Shown here: piece by piece, positions 25,619-28,935 of the stretch
Position numbering within the stretch: position 1 is the first letter of the stretch
Layout of the letters: each line of letters starts with the position of its first letter
Assembly (NCBI GenBank): GCA_031377545.1
Contig: JANMFA010000141.1
Coordinates: 1 to 28,935, forward strand
Reading direction: 5' to 3'
DNA: 28,935 nt
Source of the DNA: Hyphomicrobiales bacterium
GTDB taxonomy: Bacteria > Pseudomonadota > Alphaproteobacteria > Rhizobiales > Beijerinckiaceae
Program-made: the position numbers and the translations under genes
The notes under the pieces: model-generated
The model's database searches: none
What the model saw: the letters and a program-made list of their open reading frames with translations, nothing else
Told to the model about the DNA's origin: nothing

Positions 25619-27550
25619 ATGTGCGGGATCGCGGGACTGGTGCTGGGAGGGGGCGAGGCCGACGCCGTCCTGCACCGGCGCGTTGCCGCGATGAACACAG
25701 CGATTGCCCATCGCGGTCCGGATGGTGAAGGCATCTGGACCGATGCGGCAGCGGGGGTGGCGCTCGCCCAGAGGCGGCTCGCCATCGTTGATCTGTCCGA
25801 AACCGGTGCCCAGCCGATGATCTCGCATTCGGGTCGCCATGTGATGACCTACAACGGCGAAATCTATAATTTCCGCGAACTCAGGATGACGCTCGAAAGC
25901 GAGGGTGTGGCCTTTCGCGGAACGTCGGATTCCGAAGTGCTGCTCGAAGCCTGGGATCGTTGGGGAGCCGAGCGGACGCTGTCCGCTCTCAACGGCATGT
26001 TCGCCATCGCCATCTGGGACCGCAGGGGGCAAAGCCTCACGCTGGCGCGGGATCGCTTTGGCATCAAGCCGCTGCTGTGGTGGCAGGATGGACGGGATAT
26101 TCTCTTTGCCTCGGAACTCAAGGCGCTTCTGCAGGATCCGTCCTGCCCGCGTGCCATCGATCCGGCGTCGCTGGCTGCCTACCTGCGCCATGGTGCGGTG
26201 CCTGCGCCCTGGACGATCATCACCGATGTGCACAAGCTGGAGCCTGGCAGCATCCTCATTTGGCGACCCGGCGAAGCGCCCGTCATCCGCCAGATCTGGT
26301 CACCGCTGGCGACGATGGCGGCAGGACAGCGAAATCCGACGTCATCACCCTTTGCAACACTGGTCGAAGAGGCCGAAGCGCTGGTCGGTGATGCGGTGGA
26401 ACGGCAGATGATCGCCGATGTGCCCCTTGGGGCATTCCTGTCCGGTGGGATCGATTCATCGCTCGTCGTCGCCCTGATGCAGCAACGGGCAGGCCGCAGG
26501 ATCGAGACATTCACCATCGGATTCGAGGAGAAGGCCTGGGATGAATCACCCCATGCCGAGGCCGTGGCCCGCCATATCGGCACGCAGCATACAACGCTGA
26601 AGACATCAGGCAATGCGGCCCGTGCCATCGTTCCCGCGATCGCTGCGATCTACGACGAGCCGTTTTCCGATTCCTCGCAGATTCCAACCATGCTGCTGTG
26701 CCGCCTCGTGCGCGGCCATGTCACGGTCGCGCTGTCCGGCGATGGCGGCGACGAGACATTCGCAGGTTACGAGCGGTATGGCTGGGGACTGAAGCTCGAT
26801 CGCTATCGCCAGCGGTATCCTGCCATCCTGCGCCAGATTGCGGCGCAGGCGTTGGACATTCTGCCACTGGGGCTTCTGGAGCGTGTGGCCAAGGTCGCAG
26901 GTGCCGGTGGTCAACATCCCGGTCATCGCCTGCAGCGCGCGGCCAGGCTGGGGGCCGCCGCCACCTTCTCGGACGGCTACCGGCAGTTCCTCAGCCAGAC
27001 CGTTGATCCGCTCAGCCTGATGACATCCGCCAGCGAACACCATCCGCGGGCCTACAGGGGGGATGCGATGCTGGACGCGCTTTCGCCTCTGTCGCGCATG
27101 CAGACCATTGACGCCACGTCCTATCTCCCCGACGATATACTCGCAAAAGTTGATCGCGCGAGCATGTCTGTCGGGCTTGAGGTGCGTGTGCCGCTGCTGG
27201 ATCACCGGATCTGGGAATGGTCCGCGCGTCTGCCAGGCGATATGCAGCGATCAGGGGGAAAGGGGAAAGCCGTGCTGAGAGCCGTTCTGGCCAAGCACGT
27301 TCCGGCCGTTCTGACGGAGCGCCCGAAGGCGGGATTTTCCGTGCCACTCGCCGCATGGCTGCGCGCCGACCTGCGGGAATGGGCGGAAGCGCTTCTGGAA
27401 CCTGCGCGGCTTGCCGAAAGCGGACTGCTCAATGCTGCGGCGATCCGCGCGCTCTGGAGCAGGCATCTCGCGGGCCGCGAAGATCACAGTCCAATGCTGT
27501 GGTCCGTGCTCGTGTTCGAATCCTGGCGACGGTCGGTCCTGCATGCCTGA
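25619..27550 (+). CDS. asnB: Asparagine synthase (glutamine-hydrolysing) family amidotransferase, polysaccharide-cluster type
   Basis: N-terminal nucleophile MCGIAG, HRGPD, RRLAIVDL, YNGEIYN, SDSEV, RDRFGIKPL, FLSGGIDSS, LSGDGGDETFAGY, KVDRASM, EVRVPLLD, RPKAGF. Confidence 0.93.
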   Translation: MCGIAGLVLGGGEADAVLHRRVAAMNTAIAHRGPDGEGIWTDAAAGVALAQRRLAIVDLSETGAQPMISHSGRHVMTYNGEIYNFRELRMTLESEGVAFRGTSDSEVLLEAWDRWGAERTLSALNGMFAIAIWDRRGQSLTLARDRFGIKPLLWWQDGRDILFASELKALLQDPSCPRAIDPASLAAYLRHGAVPAPWTIITDVHKLEPGSILIWRPGEAPVIRQIWSPLATMAAGQRNPTSSPFATLVEEAEALVGDAVERQMIADVPLGAFLSGGIDSSLVVALMQQRAGRRIETFTIGFEEKAWDESPHAEAVARHIGTQHTTLKTSGNAARAIVPAIAAIYDEPFSDSSQIPTMLLCRLVRGHVTVALSGDGGDETFAGYERYGWGLKLDRYRQRYPAILRQIAAQALDILPLGLLERVAKVAGAGGQHPGHRLQRAARLGAAATFSDGYRQFLSQTVDPLSLMTSASEHHPRAYRGDAMLDALSPLSRMQTIDATSYLPDDILAKVDRASMSVGLEVRVPLLDHRIWEWSARLPGDMQRSGGKGKAVLRAVLAKHVPAVLTERPKAGFSVPLAAWLRADLREWAEALLEPARLAESGLLNAAAIRALWSRHLAGREDHSPMLWSVLVFESWRRSVLHA

Positions 27551-28715
27551 CCGTGAGCTGTCCGTCGTTGTGGCCGCGCCGCCCATGAAGGTCGGTGGAA
27601 CCGAGCAGCATCTGCTGCATGTCCTGCCGGGCCTGGCGCGGCGCGGCATCGATATCACCGTCGTGCTTTTCCAGTCCGGTGGCGCACTTGAAGGAGCTTT
27701 GCGCGCCGGTGTCGGGAGCGTCGTGGTCCCGGCGCTGAATCTGCCACGATACTTCAGGACCATCCAGCAGGCTTTCGCGATCCAGCGCGCGGTGCGACGC
27801 AGCAAGGCGGATGTCGTCCATGCGTTCCTCAGTGAACCCTACATTGCCGCCGCTGCCGCGCACTGGTGGTTGGGCAAGGACGCTCCGCCGCTGATCCACG
27901 GTCGCCGCAGCCTGGCATTCTATTCCAGGAAGCAGCGCCTCGGACAGCGCGCCGAACTCGCCGCCCACGCTCTCGCCTCGGTTCTCGTCGGCAACTCGAC
28001 GGCGGTCTGCGATGAGCTGACGGTGGAAGCGGGCGGCTCCGAAAAGATCTGCAGGATCGTCAACGGCATTCCGCTGGGTGAACCGGTTTCACCGGACGAG
28101 CGCCTCACGGCGCGTGAACGCTTCGGCATTCCACCCAAAGCGCTCGTCCTGACGATGGTTGCCAATCTCCATGCCTACAAGGGCCACGCCGACCTGCTGG
28201 AGGCCGTGGCCGGCATCCGCGACAAACTCCCTGAGGACTGGCGGGTCCTTCTGCCGGGCCGCGATGGCGGCGAGTGGGACAACCTGCTGGCACAGACCGC
28301 AAGGCTGGGACTGTCGCGGCACGTGATCTTTCCCGGCGAATGGAAGGGCTCGCGCGAGCCCTATGCAGCGGCGGACATCGGTATCCTTGCCAGCCACACC
28401 GAAGGTTTCTCGAACAGCCTCATCGAAGGCATGGCGCTGGCTGTTCCGATGATCGCCACCCGCGTGGGAGGCAACATCGACGCGGTGGATGATGGCGAGA
28501 ACGGCTTTCTGGTCAGCCCGGCCGCGCCGGAAGAACTGGCGACGGCCATTCTCACGCTGTCAGAAATGCCGGACCTCCGGCAGCGCCTTGGGAATGCTGC
28601 CCGGGAAAAAGCCTTGCGGCAGTTCTCGCTCGAAGCCTGCATTGATCGCTATGAGCGGCTTTGGCGGAATCTCGCTGCCGGGGCGGCTGGTACTCCAGCG
28701 GAATGGGTCGCCTAG
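27543..28715 (+). CDS. Glycosyltransferase family 4 (GT-B)
   Basis: GGTEQH start, VANLHAYKGH, and E-x7-E motif EGFSNSLIEGMA; ATG overlaps the end of asnB by 8 nt. Confidence 0.92.
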   Translation: MPDRELSVVVAAPPMKVGGTEQHLLHVLPGLARRGIDITVVLFQSGGALEGALRAGVGSVVVPALNLPRYFRTIQQAFAIQRAVRRSKADVVHAFLSEPYIAAAAAHWWLGKDAPPLIHGRRSLAFYSRKQRLGQRAELAAHALASVLVGNSTAVCDELTVEAGGSEKICRIVNGIPLGEPVSPDERLTARERFGIPPKALVLTMVANLHAYKGHADLLEAVAGIRDKLPEDWRVLLPGRDGGEWDNLLAQTARLGLSRHVIFPGEWKGSREPYAAADIGILASHTEGFSNSLIEGMALAVPMIATRVGGNIDAVDDGENGFLVSPAAPEELATAILTLSEMPDLRQRLGNAAREKALRQFSLEACIDRYERLWRNLAAGAAGTPAEWVA

Positions 28716-28935
28716 AAAAGACTGCCTTGCCCTGTGTCCGTCTCTTTCGACCGGCGGGCGGGAGGCGATTCTTCGACCTTGGCGGGTGAGTGCTGCACCT
28801 CGGGCCCATCATGCGCAACCTTGTTGACCGCGGTCGAGACAGGAACCATCTCCAGCAGGTCTTCCGCGGGCGGCCGCAGCAGCCGACTGGCCTCCTCCGT
28901 CGACGTCATCGGGTCGAGCCAGGGCTGCGCATGCG
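28712..28935 (-). CDS. SOS response-associated peptidase (SRAP/YedK/HMCES family), C-terminal part (5' end outside window)
   Basis: Frame is open to the window edge: HAQPWLDP...LLRPP...L...PVSTAVNKVAHDGPE.....GQGSLF, the typical SRAP C-terminus. The catalytic N-terminal Cys is not visible. Confidence 0.75.
   Translation of the reverse strand, partial: HAQPWLDPMTSTEEASRLLRPPAEDLLEMVPVSTAVNKVAHDGPEVQHSPAKVEESPPARRSKETDTGQGSLF

Noticed and set aside
1-28935. tRNA, rRNA, CRISPR arrays, IS elements, prophage or defence genes
   Set aside because: No repeat-spacer pattern, terminal inverted repeats, transposase or integrase motifs, or cloverleaf-like intergenic sequence seen; all gaps are about 200 bp or less.

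Overview
High-GC alphaproteobacterial chromosomal region, most like Hyphomicrobiales/Rhizobiales judging by gene order and a CtrA box. About 31 tightly packed genes; no tRNA, rRNA, CRISPR array or mobile element was recognised. Left to right: 3' end of a PBP1A-type gene; MarR regulator divergent from an alpha/beta hydrolase; L,D-transpeptidase; SAM methyltransferase divergent from gloB-cupin(DUF985)-GNAT; orphan TctC/Bug binding protein divergent from malonyl-CoA synthetase matB (in-frame TAG at 7719); ftsE-ftsX-ydcF-plsC divergent from zinc-ribbon/DUF3426(ZitP-like)-hpt-CpdR2-type receiver, with a perfect CtrA box between them; a minus-strand run DUF1285-CoA Nudix-DUF6111-cca-small protein-PG-binding trypsin-like protein; MoxR AAA+/DUF58/BatA-vWA-DUF4159/vWA-GATase-like operon; a Cys-rich hypothetical protein; AsnB-type amidotransferase plus GT4; and the 3' end of a SRAP gene. 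Best leads: the MoxR machine with three MIDAS-bearing partners, the Ada-like zinc motif in the protein that follows it, the protease-like protein lacking its catalytic triad, the matB amber codon inside a cluster of apparent A-to-T changes, and two DNA sites read directly from sequence (CtrA box, double MarR palindrome). All family assignments come from motif recognition and recall, not database searches.
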